This document shows positions 28,579-38,280 of a DNA stretch of 64,000 nucleotides, piece after piece (the stretch's first letter is position 1; each line of letters begins with the position of its first letter). Source of the stretch: Candidatus Aenigmatarchaeota archaeon (lineage in GTDB: Archaea > Aenigmatarchaeota > Aenigmatarchaeia > JACPZZ01). Location of the stretch: assembly GCA_016202815.1 (NCBI GenBank), contig JACQNZ010000008.1, positions 33,932-97,931 of the forward strand. The letters run 5' to 3'. The translations under genes were made by a program, and so were the position numbers. The notes under the pieces are model-generated. The model was given only the letters and a program-made list of their open reading frames with translations, was not told the DNA's origin and ran no database searches.

Positions 28579-29817
28579 ATGCTGGATGTCCTATTCGCGG
28601 TATTTTATTTTCTGCTTTTGTATATGAGCATTTTTCTAGTCCTCACCTTCGTTGAGGAAGGAGAGGCCGGCGGCCGGACCAAAAAATTCAGGGAATGGCC
28701 ATTCGTGTCTGTCATCGTGCCCGCATTCAACGAGTCTGCGACAATAGGGCGCGTGGTTAACTCGGTTCTCGGCTTGGATTATCCCAAAGAAAAACTCGAG
28801 GTGATCGTCGTGGACGACGGCTCGACAGACGGCACGTCGTCGGTAAGAGAAATACAGGACAACAGGGTGAAAGTCATACGCCAACCCAGGCGGGGCAAGG
28901 CCTCGGCACTCAATTTAGGATTGGATCATGCGCGGGGAAAGTACGTGGCGTGCCTTGATGCGGACTCTTTCGTATCTCCGGGTGCGCTGAAGGAAATGGT
29001 GGTGAACTTTTCATCCGGGGATATAGCCGCCGTGACGCCAGTGATGCACGTTCATAATCCTAAGACGGTTCTGGAAAAAATACAGAACATAGAATATTTG
29101 CTTGCAGTCTACATGAAAAGGCTGCTAAGCCACATGAATGCCATTAATGTCACGCCCGGCCCCTTCAGCATTTATCGCGCTGATGTGCTGCGCAGCATAG
29201 GTAAATTTGACGAAAAATCGATAGTCGAGGACCAGGAAATAGCGTACAGGATACAGAGGCACAATTTCAGGATAGTGCAGAGCGATTCTGGCGACGTATA
29301 CACCGTGGCACCCAAAAATTTGGGCGACCTGTACAGGCAGAGGAAAAGGTGGTACAAAGGTTCCTGGTTGACGTTCAACAAGTACAGGGAGATGATGATG
29401 GACAGGAAATACGGGGATTTCGGCTTCTACCTGATGCCGAACATATTGTTCGGCCTGGTTTCATGTTTTTTCATGCTCGCATTTTTCGCTGCGTATGTGG
29501 TAATTCCTTTGGCGGACGCTGTAAGGCACATCTACATTGCCGGCCTTTACGTGAACCTCGGCTCGTACCTGAATTTCGCGGATGTGCTGGCCAATTTTGT
29601 CTTTTTCGCGGACTTCTACAAGCTTTTCATTCTGTGGTCATTTACAGCAATCACAACTTTCATGATTGTCAGATCCCACAAGTCGCTCAGCCGCAGTATT
29701 GGTTTCGCAGAAGCAGTCCCCGTTGCGGCGTTCATGCTGGCGTACTACATTTTCATCAGCTTCGTTAACATTGCTTCTACCGCGGACTTGATGAGAGGTG
29801 GAGAGCACAGATGGTAG
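28579..29817 (+). CDS. Processive GT2 glycosyltransferase
   Basis: PAFNE, DDGSTD, DAD, ED and QRKRW motifs with TM segments. Confidence 0.9.
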   Translation: MLDVLFAVFYFLLLYMSIFLVLTFVEEGEAGGRTKKFREWPFVSVIVPAFNESATIGRVVNSVLGLDYPKEKLEVIVVDDGSTDGTSSVREIQDNRVKVIRQPRRGKASALNLGLDHARGKYVACLDADSFVSPGALKEMVVNFSSGDIAAVTPVMHVHNPKTVLEKIQNIEYLLAVYMKRLLSHMNAINVTPGPFSIYRADVLRSIGKFDEKSIVEDQEIAYRIQRHNFRIVQSDSGDVYTVAPKNLGDLYRQRKRWYKGSWLTFNKYREMMMDRKYGDFGFYLMPNILFGLVSCFFMLAFFAAYVVIPLADAVRHIYIAGLYVNLGSYLNFADVLANFVFFADFYKLFILWSFTAITTFMIVRSHKSLSRSIGFAEAVPVAAFMLAYYIFISFVNIASTADLMRGGEHRW

Positions 29818-30503
29818 GCGGTAAAAGAAAACTGAGGAAAAAACGTTACGTGGCCGCGATAATCATCACGTTCGTTATATTCGTGCTGGGTTTCATCCTC
29901 GGCGCAGCGACCAGTGAAAGGAAAATATTCGAGATAGAACAGCTGAGCAGGCAACAGGACGCGGACTTCAGCAGCTTGCAGTTCCAGTTCTCATACCTTG
30001 AAAGCGTGCCCCGGGAGCAGAGCTGCGTTGTGCTGTCGAGGACGCTTGAAAGCAACCTGAAAACCCTGGGTCCTTCGTTGAAGAAGCTCGAAGGTTACGA
30101 AGCCAGCAGCGACACAACAAACCCGGATTACATTCTACTCAAGAGAAAGTACACGGTCGCAAACCTGAGGTATTGGCTGCTCGCGGAAAAAAGCAAGCAG
30201 CTTTGCGGCACGGATGCCGTGAGCGTGCTGTATTTCTATGAAAAGGGATGCCAGCAATGCAACGACGAAGGTTATATTCTGGAGCAGTTGAAGCAGCGCC
30301 TCGGAGACAGTTTACTCGTATTCCCCATAGACGCATCCATAGACGAGCCTGTGATAGACATACTGCGCGCACAATACAAGATATACGGCTTCCCGTCCCT
30401 GGTTATCGACGGGAAAACGTACGCCAATTACATGCCCATGAAGGAAATCCTTGCGGAGATATGCCCGAAGTACAAGGAGGGCAACGGGGTTTGTGGCGGA
30501 TGA
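29811..30503 (+). CDS. Membrane-anchored thioredoxin-like hypothetical protein
   Basis: N-terminal TM, YFY...CQQC and FPSLVIDG. Confidence 0.7.
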   Translation: MVGGKRKLRKKRYVAAIIITFVIFVLGFILGAATSERKIFEIEQLSRQQDADFSSLQFQFSYLESVPREQSCVVLSRTLESNLKTLGPSLKKLEGYEASSDTTNPDYILLKRKYTVANLRYWLLAEKSKQLCGTDAVSVLYFYEKGCQQCNDEGYILEQLKQRLGDSLLVFPIDASIDEPVIDILRAQYKIYGFPSLVIDGKTYANYMPMKEILAEICPKYKEGNGVCGG

Positions 30504-31891
30504 GCAGGAAAAAATATTTTGCGCTTTTCGCCTTTGTCTTTCTTCTGGGCGCATCGCTGCGCCTTCTGTACTTCTCGAATCAGTGGTCTATATGGTGGGA
30601 CGAGGCCGTGTACATGGCCATGGCCGAAGCGTACGGTGGAAACAATTATTTTTTTGAAGCGTTCCGCCCGCCGCTCGTGCCTTTCACGTTGTTCCTGTGG
30701 AATTCGGTGTTCGATTATTCGTTGGTGTCATCCAGAACTTTCATATTACTGCTGAGCGTGCTGTCTCTGCCTCTGGTGTACGTGCTTACAAAGCGCGTTA
30801 TGGACGAGGAAGCCGCGCTGTTGTCAGCATCGCTGCTGGCGTTAAACGCTTATTCCATTTTATACTCTGCCCGTGTCTTGAGCGAAACGCACACAATCCT
30901 GTTCAACGTGCTTGCCGTGGCATCGTTTCACATGGGATACAAAAATAACTCCAAGGGCTGGCTGTCCGTAGCCGGAGTCGCGATGGCGATGGGAATGATG
31001 TCAAAGCACCTGATGGCGTATCTTCCAATAGCCGTGTTTTTGTTCTTCCTGGCCAGGCGGAAGTTAAACGCGTTCAGGGACAGGAGGCTGTACATAATCA
31101 TAACCTCGAGCCTGATAGCAATGTCCCCGTGGCTTGTGAACAATTACCTTGACTACGGCAATCCGTTCTGGCCGCAGCTTGCGAACATTGGGTTGTCGCC
31201 GCCCGAGGGCTGGTCGTTCTATGCGTCTGTGCTGCCCCAGTTTCTGGGCCCGCAGGGATTATTGATCCCGTTCGCGCTCGTGGGGCTGAAAAAATCAAAG
31301 CACGCCGAATTTTTGAAATTTAACATGCTTGCGATAGTCGTTGGGTTGGTTATCCTGCACAGCGTCGCGCATAAGGAAGACCGTTTCCTGACGATTTTCA
31401 CATATTCGTTGGCGGTTCTCGAGGCCGCCGGATTGATGAACTTGGCAAACATGGTCGACCAGAAAAGAAGAAAAGGGATAATCAAAAAAATATTCCACAA
31501 AAGCGATTACGGGAAAATCGTCTCAATAATTGTTGCGTCTTTGTTCGCGCTGAGCTTTGCGTTCTTCAGTGCGCTGCCGCGACAGTACGAGGATCTGTTC
31601 TACAGATGCACGAATGAGATAAATAAATTGCCGAAGGAAAAAATGTCAACAACGATGTCGCCGTATTTCTCATATTTCACAAAACGTTTCTTCGAGCAGT
31701 TGCCATGGGATGAAAAGGATTTTTCCTGCCCGAACCTGGTAAAAAGCGGCGTAAATTACACGGTTTATTATTCGTCGGGCTGGTACGAGTCAAGGGAAAA
31801 GGCTTTCCTGGAGCAGACAAAATCCTGCACAACATTGGTGGCGAACATAACGCAGAACCAGAAATGCCTGATATTCAGGGTAGAAAAATAA
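30500..31891 (+). CDS. GT39/ArnT-like (GT-C) glycosyltransferase
   Basis: WWDEAVY, RPPL, multiple TMs and KEDRF. Confidence 0.85.
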   Translation: MSRKKYFALFAFVFLLGASLRLLYFSNQWSIWWDEAVYMAMAEAYGGNNYFFEAFRPPLVPFTLFLWNSVFDYSLVSSRTFILLLSVLSLPLVYVLTKRVMDEEAALLSASLLALNAYSILYSARVLSETHTILFNVLAVASFHMGYKNNSKGWLSVAGVAMAMGMMSKHLMAYLPIAVFLFFLARRKLNAFRDRRLYIIITSSLIAMSPWLVNNYLDYGNPFWPQLANIGLSPPEGWSFYASVLPQFLGPQGLLIPFALVGLKKSKHAEFLKFNMLAIVVGLVILHSVAHKEDRFLTIFTYSLAVLEAAGLMNLANMVDQKRRKGIIKKIFHKSDYGKIVSIIVASLFALSFAFFSALPRQYEDLFYRCTNEINKLPKEKMSTTMSPYFSYFTKRFFEQLPWDEKDFSCPNLVKSGVNYTVYYSSGWYESREKAFLEQTKSCTTLVANITQNQKCLIFRVEK

Positions 31892-31894
31892 TTT

Positions 31895-32656
31895 TCAGCA
31901 GAATGAAAACGCGTCCGGCCTGGTTATATTTTTCAAAGTGGTTTTCATGTCCTTCGATATGCCGTTGCGGACGTCGGTTTCGTCAGCGAAGTGGCCGTCC
32001 CTGTAAGATGCCGACATTATGTTGCCGAAATTCCCCACGTGTGCGAGGTTCAGTATATGGCCCATCTCGTGCGCCGCCGTTTCAAGGTTCTCAATCTCCG
32101 AGTTTTGAACTGTCAGGTAAACGCTTCCGCCGGTCAGGAATTTGAAAGTGGAGCAGTCGTAGCCGGAGTTTATGGCCTGCCCTATCGTGTCTGATGGGTA
32201 TCCGGAAAATTTTTCCGGCAGTGATGCGGCCCAGCTGATGGAAATATCCGCGCCTTCCGGGTTGTTTGTTACATTAAACCGCACAGTGTTGTTTGTCTCT
32301 TCTTCCCATATCTTCATGGCACCGGCTGCGGCACCGACGCTTTTTTCGTATACGCCTTTTGTCTTGTTCTTGTCCAGCACGAATAGGAACGAGTCGTTGA
32401 TGTAGACATTAAATTTATTGTTCAGCAGGCCGTCTTTGATTATCAGCGGGTGCGGCGCTCCAATAGCAGGGTAATAATAAGCCTTCGGTTTTATCGTTGT
32501 CGTAGTCGGGACAGTGGTTGTAGTTTCAATGATAGGCACAGTCGTGTAGACGGTTGTAGAAGTGGCCGGCACGTGTTTGTTGTCGGGTATATCAGGATTC
32601 GAAACAAGCACCAACAAAATAAAAAAAGCAATGAACGGCAATGCACCCGTCTTCAT
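31895..32656 (-). CDS. Matrixin-family (M10) metalloprotease
   Basis: HEMGHILNLAH plus Met-turn (NIM); Thr-rich linker. Confidence 0.85.
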   Translation of the reverse strand: MKTGALPFIAFFILLVLVSNPDIPDNKHVPATSTTVYTTVPIIETTTTVPTTTTIKPKAYYYPAIGAPHPLIIKDGLLNNKFNVYINDSFLFVLDKNKTKGVYEKSVGAAAGAMKIWEEETNNTVRFNVTNNPEGADISISWAASLPEKFSGYPSDTIGQAINSGYDCSTFKFLTGGSVYLTVQNSEIENLETAAHEMGHILNLAHVGNFGNIMSASYRDGHFADETDVRNGISKDMKTTLKNITRPDAFSFC

Positions 32657-32940
32657 GAACAGAATTGTTTTTGGATTTAGATAAATCGATGCGGCAGAAG
32701 AAAATGTCTGTATAATGTGCTGTTCGGATAATAATTATTTCGTAGTTGTGTGATAGATAACCAGTTGCAGTTTGGAATGAATTTTGTAACCTTTTTCCTG
32801 CCTGCTGAACCGTACTAAAGTATTGCAAAATGATTCAGGATCATAATATTATTTCAAGTAATCAGGCAGAAGGACCGGTCAAGCTATTTTATAAATTATT
32901 TGGTATTCTCATCACTAACGCCATAAAAAAATTAGAAATT

Positions 32941-33000
32941 GGAGTCGGGCCAACAGACTGACGCACACGTGGTGTGCGTCTAGCCCGCCAACCCGACTCC
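32941..33000 (-). terminator. Terminator-like hairpin after the S-layer gene, with a family-1 element (32956-32985) in its loop
   Basis: GGAGTCGGG...CCCGACTCC inverted repeat followed on the minus strand by a T-rich tract; inner GACTG-ACGCACAC-GTG-GTGTGCGT-CTAGCC. Confidence 0.7.
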
Positions 33001-33014
33001 GTTAATTTTGTCCC

Positions 33015-33041
33015 TTTTGATAGAACTTTCTAAAAGTTCTA
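33015..33041 (-). repeat. Hairpin+ATCAAAA element (family 2) overlapping the S-layer stop codon
   Basis: Minus strand reads TAGAACTTTTAGAAAGTTCT-ATCAAAA. Confidence 0.65.
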
Positions 33042-35414
33042 TTGGCTGCCGGATGTGGCAGTGCTGTAGACAAGTTTCGATCCCGTAACGCCGCCTGCGA
33101 TTATTTTCGCAGCCGCGTTTCTGGTGTCTTTCGCGTCAGTTCCGGCTACAATTAATGCAACCTTTCCTGTCTGGAAAGCGTCCTCGACCACTTTGATCAA
33201 GGCCTTGTCCTTTGCGCCTGCTAGGTTTGTCGCTCCGACTTCTGCAATCCACTTGTCCAAACAATCCGACCCGCTTACATTCATAAGCTGGCCCACGAAC
33301 TTGTTTGCACAAGGACCGCCGACTAGAATCAAGTTCTTGCCGGTTGTCTTTATGGTTGCATCTGTGAAGTCAGATGTCAACTTGCCCAAAGGCGTTGTTA
33401 CTGGCACTGCAGCTTCGTACGTGTTTGTTCCGGACGTGGCGCTTGTCACTCCGAAGTATACCTTCGCAGCTAATCTCTTTGAAGGCACTTTGGCGACAAA
33501 CTTGTCAGAACCGCCGTTAGTGTTGGTGTCGATCAATACGACCTCACCATCGCTCACGACGTCCTGCGTCTTCTTGCCAACAGGCTGGTTCGCGCTACCT
33601 GATGTGGTAGCTGTGACCTCGTTGTCTTCAGCGCTGGCTGAGGTTGTTCCCAGCCTGAACTGAGGAGCCGCGGTCGGCGTTCCTGCCGTCTTGTTGGTGA
33701 AGTAGACGTTTACGTCACTTGTAGCACCAGACGATGCACCACCAAGGGTTATTCTCTGGATACCGTGCGTGAAGTTTAATGTCACGTTCAGGTACCAGTC
33801 CGCATCACCCGAACCGCCATAGGCGATTCTGAACGGGTAGACAAACGATGTGTTTGCCGCGTTCAATAGGCCGTGCATGTACTCGACCCTGGATATGTTT
33901 GACACATCCATCACCGCAGGTTGGGCAGCACCCACAGCGGACCTGTTTGTCAGGATCTTGCTGTTGGTCTTGTCCCAGAAGCCTATCCAGAACGGTTGTC
34001 CGTATCCGTATGTGGCGGCGGTAAATGTCTTGTTGAACAAGACATACGCCTTGTCGAAGCTGTTTCCAGCCGAGCTCACTATTGAGCCTGCCACATCTGT
34101 GGATATTTCCAATCCGTACAGGTCGCTTCCCACGATGTCAGACGTTGAGTTAACGTCGTAGGTTGATGTCCCTCCAAACGGCGCAACTGTTATTTTTGCC
34201 AGTTTGTCGGCGTTGTATCCCAAGAAGCCCACTTCGCCGTAACTGTTCGGGAAAGCGATTTTGTCGCCTGCCTTCAGATACTGCGTTGTGCTCGGCTTGT
34301 ATACAACTTGGATCCTTGCACTCTTCGGAATGCCCGGGAATGATCCGGATCCCAATCCACTTGTCTGTATTCCCCATTCAGTTGTTCCGGGGAACTTGTC
34401 GCTTGCAGTTCCTGTGCTGGTCACATCAGCTGTCGAATCGTATTCCTTTTCAACAGATCCGATCGGACCAAGCACTATATCAACGCCCGAGATCTCACCC
34501 GTAGTTCCAATAGCGCGGACATCGGTCACTTTGACTGTTAAGCCTTGTGCCGTAAAGTCGTAGCTGTTGCCTTCGGATATGGATTTCGTAGCAACTTCTG
34601 TGCCTGTCGCGTCTTTCAACACGATCTTGGCCCACGAGTCGCTCACACCTTGTGTGGCGTATGCTGTGTAGTCACCCGACTTTATACCGGTCGTAGCGCT
34701 TACTTCTCCAGTCTCACCCGTCAAAATCTTCAACGAGCTCGTACCTGCGCCTACGATGGTAAACGCCTTACCCATAAGCTTCACATTCACTGGGAATGTG
34801 TACTCAGGGCTTGCTATTGTTCCCAAGTTGTTCTTGCTTGAGATGTTCAATGCCTTGTCGAACTGGTAGTTATATATTATATCACTACTTTCGACAACCA
34901 TTGTCAAGGTACCGTTTACCTTATCGGTAGTCACGTCGTGACTCATGGTCACACCGCTCAGGTCTACCTGCTCTTGATAGTCGTAGTCATTACTGTTCCA
35001 AGATATCACGCCTTTCTTCAAGCCCGTGAAGTGTGTGTTAGTCATAACAGCACCGCTTGGGAATGCGCTGCCTGTTCCGGCTGCATCATCCAAGGCACAA
35101 TCTGTGCTCGTGGTGCTCTTACAAATAGTCACACCGTCTTTCTCAGTCCCAGTAACACCGCTGGATGTGGTTGTCAAGCTCTTAGTCGACGTGCTAGTCG
35201 AACCAAGTCTGCCTGCAACGTCAACACCTGCTACAGTGTCCGTCGAATCGACGCCAGAACCAACGACAATTAACGAGTTTGAAGCCGTTAATGTGCTTGT
35301 TCCAGTTGCTGGAAAGACATTCTTGAGGTCAGTTGCGGCTACGCCTGCAAAAGCTAAGGACGCACCTGTTAACAGTGTTCCCATACCTATTGCAATTGCC
35401 TTTTTAATTTGCAT
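33039..35414 (-). CDS. S-layer protein
   Basis: MQIKKAIAI signal, IVVG...D...A N-terminal motif, NLILVGGPCANK and LIVAGTDAKDTR C-terminal motifs; S/T-rich; SD GGAGG. Confidence 0.9.
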   Translation of the reverse strand: MQIKKAIAIGMGTLLTGASLAFAGVAATDLKNVFPATGTSTLTASNSLIVVGSGVDSTDTVAGVDVAGRLGSTSTSTKSLTTTSSGVTGTEKDGVTICKSTTSTDCALDDAAGTGSAFPSGAVMTNTHFTGLKKGVISWNSNDYDYQEQVDLSGVTMSHDVTTDKVNGTLTMVVESSDIIYNYQFDKALNISSKNNLGTIASPEYTFPVNVKLMGKAFTIVGAGTSSLKILTGETGEVSATTGIKSGDYTAYATQGVSDSWAKIVLKDATGTEVATKSISEGNSYDFTAQGLTVKVTDVRAIGTTGEISGVDIVLGPIGSVEKEYDSTADVTSTGTASDKFPGTTEWGIQTSGLGSGSFPGIPKSARIQVVYKPSTTQYLKAGDKIAFPNSYGEVGFLGYNADKLAKITVAPFGGTSTYDVNSTSDIVGSDLYGLEISTDVAGSIVSSAGNSFDKAYVLFNKTFTAATYGYGQPFWIGFWDKTNSKILTNRSAVGAAQPAVMDVSNISRVEYMHGLLNAANTSFVYPFRIAYGGSGDADWYLNVTLNFTHGIQRITLGGASSGATSDVNVYFTNKTAGTPTAAPQFRLGTTSASAEDNEVTATTSGSANQPVGKKTQDVVSDGEVVLIDTNTNGGSDKFVAKVPSKRLAAKVYFGVTSATSGTNTYEAAVPVTTPLGKLTSDFTDATIKTTGKNLILVGGPCANKFVGQLMNVSGSDCLDKWIAEVGATNLAGAKDKALIKVVEDAFQTGKVALIVAGTDAKDTRNAAAKIIAGGVTGSKLVYSTATSGSQ

Positions 35415-35695
35415 TTATTTTACCTCCTTTTTGTCTTGCAAACTGTGTTTGTTTCAGTTCGCACACCGAACGCAAACCACACCACAGGTCAACAAAAGAC
35501 GGGCTGGGGGTAAGAAGTAGAGTATATTCACACCCAACCTCCCCCTTTGTCTTCCTATGCTATAATTTACTGGCGCGGTTGCGATCACTCGCAAACACGC
35601 TCCGGCCCGTGTATACGTCAGGCCAGATTCAGCTATCTACCAATAATTGAAAGTATATAAATATAAAAACTCCATGAAACGATCGTGGAACAATC

Positions 35696-36718
35696 TTACC
35701 CCTTCGGTACGTCATCAGTTTTTGTCCCATTTTGCGCATCTTCAGGTGGTTTAATTGTTCCAAATGGTTCCTTTGGCTTTTTTAGCAGGAAAACACGATT
35801 AGTTCGACCCCGTTCTTCTACACCGATAATGCCTCTACCTTTTAGGCTATTAATAAGGCGAGAAACTTTGGCTTTGGAAAAATTAGTCTCGTATACTATC
35901 TTTCTCTGCATTTTCTCGCCGTTTTCGGCCAATAATGAATCAATAACCTTTCTTTCATCAGATGTTAACACAGGTAGCACGGAATCAAGGTTTTCTTCTG
36001 TTCTAACGATTATTTTGCTCTTTTTTAGGTATAGATAGGTAGAAATAGCCACTAAGATTATTATCAAAGCTGCAAAGAACGGTAGCCAGTTGGAAAACGC
36101 CAGATCTTGTATATTTTCATAAACCACAGACACACTGAGCAAATCACCGGCCGTGAAATTGTTTCTGGCCCAATCAACTAGTATTCTGCGGCCATCGGTT
36201 CGCGTATCGCCATCAGCCGGCGCGTATGGCAGCAAGCCTGCCGCGGTTTGCGAATCCTCCCTGTTTATAAGGCCTTTGCCTTCAGGAAGTTTAACGGTGA
36301 GTGCCAGGGTTATCACGGGCACAGAGCTTTGGTAATCGAAGCGGTAGAGCCACTTGTTTTTATCCAGCTGTTTTACAAACCCGTTTGCTGTGTAGTTGAA
36401 CGAAAGACTTCTCGTGTTTTTCGTCACGTTTTCAAGATCACATGTTATCACTGACGCAATAGCCTGCCCTATAAGGTCGCATGTTGTGTTGAAGTTCGAA
36501 GTCCATCCAAAATCCGTCACCTGGCCGATTATAGGGTAATCTATCCTTGTGGGCGCAGGTATGTCAAAAGTCATTTTTACCTGGTTCTTTGTCAGTCCGC
36601 TGTCCAGTATCTCTGTCGTTATTTCGTAGAATTGTATGGCCACGGCTCTTGCTTCAAGAGGCGTAACAACCAGCAAACCAACCAAGACAAAAACGATCGG
36701 AATGAAACGTTTCATCAT
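35696..36718 (-). CDS. Membrane-anchored winged-helix protein (COG2512-like)
   Basis: Extracellular domain, TM, then LTSDERKVI..Q..SKAKVSR..L..RGII..RGRTN. Confidence 0.8.
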   Translation of the reverse strand: MMKRFIPIVFVLVGLLVVTPLEARAVAIQFYEITTEILDSGLTKNQVKMTFDIPAPTRIDYPIIGQVTDFGWTSNFNTTCDLIGQAIASVITCDLENVTKNTRSLSFNYTANGFVKQLDKNKWLYRFDYQSSVPVITLALTVKLPEGKGLINREDSQTAAGLLPYAPADGDTRTDGRRILVDWARNNFTAGDLLSVSVVYENIQDLAFSNWLPFFAALIIILVAISTYLYLKKSKIIVRTEENLDSVLPVLTSDERKVIDSLLAENGEKMQRKIVYETNFSKAKVSRLINSLKGRGIIGVEERGRTNRVFLLKKPKEPFGTIKPPEDAQNGTKTDDVPKG

Positions 36719-36780
36719 ATTTCAGATAATTAACGCGAGATTTAAAGTTAAACCAGAACATCCGATCAATGGGGGGCGTG

Positions 36781-37221
36781 TCATTCATTGTGCTTGGATA
36801 TGACAACCCCGCCTATCCCAGCCTGCGCAAAGCGATGTACGAGGTTTGCCACCTCGTTTAACACGTTTTGCGCTTCACCGAGCTCTATTGCAATTTTTTT
36901 AGGTTCCAGAATCTCAACAGCCGACGGGCCGTAGTTGATCACAAAACGCGCCAAGGAACCGTAGTTTTTAGCCAGGATTTCGAGTTCCAACACGGTAGAA
37001 TAGGCTTCCGCGATGTTAGGCAGCGGGTTTTCGACTTTGTGACTCTCCTTGACCTCTTTTTTGACAACCCCGATTTCCTGCTCTTTTTCAACGAGTTTAG
37101 TTAGTTCGATCAGCGATTGCCTCGAAACGTCCTCTTTTGTAGCCAGCGATTCGACCATGACCCAGGCCTTTAACCAGCCGTCATTTAGTTTTTGGCGCAC
37201 GTCCCGCTCGTCGATTTTCAT
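36781..37221 (-). CDS. Conserved archaeal hypothetical protein
   Basis: YGPSAVEILEP motif; ORF track. Confidence 0.75.
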   Translation of the reverse strand: MKIDERDVRQKLNDGWLKAWVMVESLATKEDVSRQSLIELTKLVEKEQEIGVVKKEVKESHKVENPLPNIAEAYSTVLELEILAKNYGSLARFVINYGPSAVEILEPKKIAIELGEAQNVLNEVANLVHRFAQAGIGGVVISKHNE

Positions 37222-37262
37222 TTCAATCGCTTCAAGTCTTGTTTCCTTTGGTATTAAAGTTC

Positions 37263-37976
37263 TTAGAGCCTTCGAACGCGGCGTACTGTAGTCGGCTTAG
37301 ACGGGCCGACGCGGACTGGTTCAGACTGGTGCACTGTAATTGGGGTAGACGGCCCAATTACCAGCGGTTTTTCTGCTGTTGTGCCCGCGAGTCCACCATC
37401 CGAATTCATCGCCACATAGAGGCATAGAGGCACACAGTCCCGGCTGTTGAACTGAATTTTTCCAGCCCCGGAAGCGAAAGTTTCGTCAATTCTATACCCC
37501 ATTCTATCTAGGAACTCAATCCTGTCAACACCTTCCGGCCTGACATCTTCCATGTCAGGCGAAAGCACCTTAAAGTAGTGCATTACATCGGCCATGACAA
37601 TTTCGTAAAGGCTGCCGATCAGGGGATCGTAAGCGCGTGCGACAGACCCGCCGTTTCTCGTGCCTGTGATAAGCCTGCAGTGGCCGTTGTCAAGGACAAA
37701 TGCCCTTTCTTTCATTCCAAGTTCCGCGCAAAGGAATTGCACGTCGCTGTAATCCATCCATTGCTTTTGTGGATTTGCGAGAAAGTCGCGTACATGTCGT
37801 CGTCCAATTGTTGCCGCAGTTTGAAACGACAGGCCAGTTGGAGATTTTCGTGGAAAGACATAATCCTGGTAAGTTCCAGCGCGCATCCTGCCTGCTAGGT
37901 ATTCCCTTACAATCTCTGTAAACAAGTCGGGAGTCCGCTGCCTAAGCGCTGTGATGTTTAATTCTTTGTAGGCCAT
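37263..37976 (-). CDS. Hypothetical protein
   Basis: 237-aa ORF with upstream TATA-like element. Confidence 0.6.
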   Translation of the reverse strand: MAYKELNITALRQRTPDLFTEIVREYLAGRMRAGTYQDYVFPRKSPTGLSFQTAATIGRRHVRDFLANPQKQWMDYSDVQFLCAELGMKERAFVLDNGHCRLITGTRNGGSVARAYDPLIGSLYEIVMADVMHYFKVLSPDMEDVRPEGVDRIEFLDRMGYRIDETFASGAGKIQFNSRDCVPLCLYVAMNSDGGLAGTTAEKPLVIGPSTPITVHQSEPVRVGPSKPTTVRRVRRL

Positions 37977-38056
37977 AAAACGTATTTGCGCGGAAAACGC
38001 TTAAATGCGCCTGCGGATTAACGGAATTATTAAAGCCGTGAAAAAGATACAGATGT

Positions 38057-38113
38057 AACTGGAATGCGCACGTAAATAGAAGCATGTGCATACGAATAGC
38101 ACATGTTTTAGTT
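38057..38113 (+). repeat. Half element plus degenerate family-1 element in tRNA-Thr leader
   Basis: AACTGGAATGCGCACG, then AAATAG-AAGCATGTGC-ATACGAATA-GCACATGTTT-TAGTT. Confidence 0.75.
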
Positions 38114-38119
38114 GTAATC

Positions 38120-38244
38120 GCCCCAATAGCTCAGTTGGTAACTAGACGCATACCATTGGTATGCGTCAGTCGGCACAGAGCGACAGTTTCGTAAATCTGA
38201 GTCGAGATAACTGTAGGTCGTGAGTTCAAATCTCACTTGGGGCT
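38120..38244 (+). tRNA. tRNA-Thr(CGT) with two introns (D-loop 38140-38176; anticodon 38194-38208)
   Basis: Acceptor GCCCCAA/TTGGGGC-T, D-stem GCTC/GAGC, anticodon stem ACAGT/ACTGT, T-arm GTGAG-TTCAAAT-CTCAC. Confidence 0.94.
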
Positions 38245-38280
38245 CTATTAAAAACCCAATACAACAAAATAACTTCCAAC

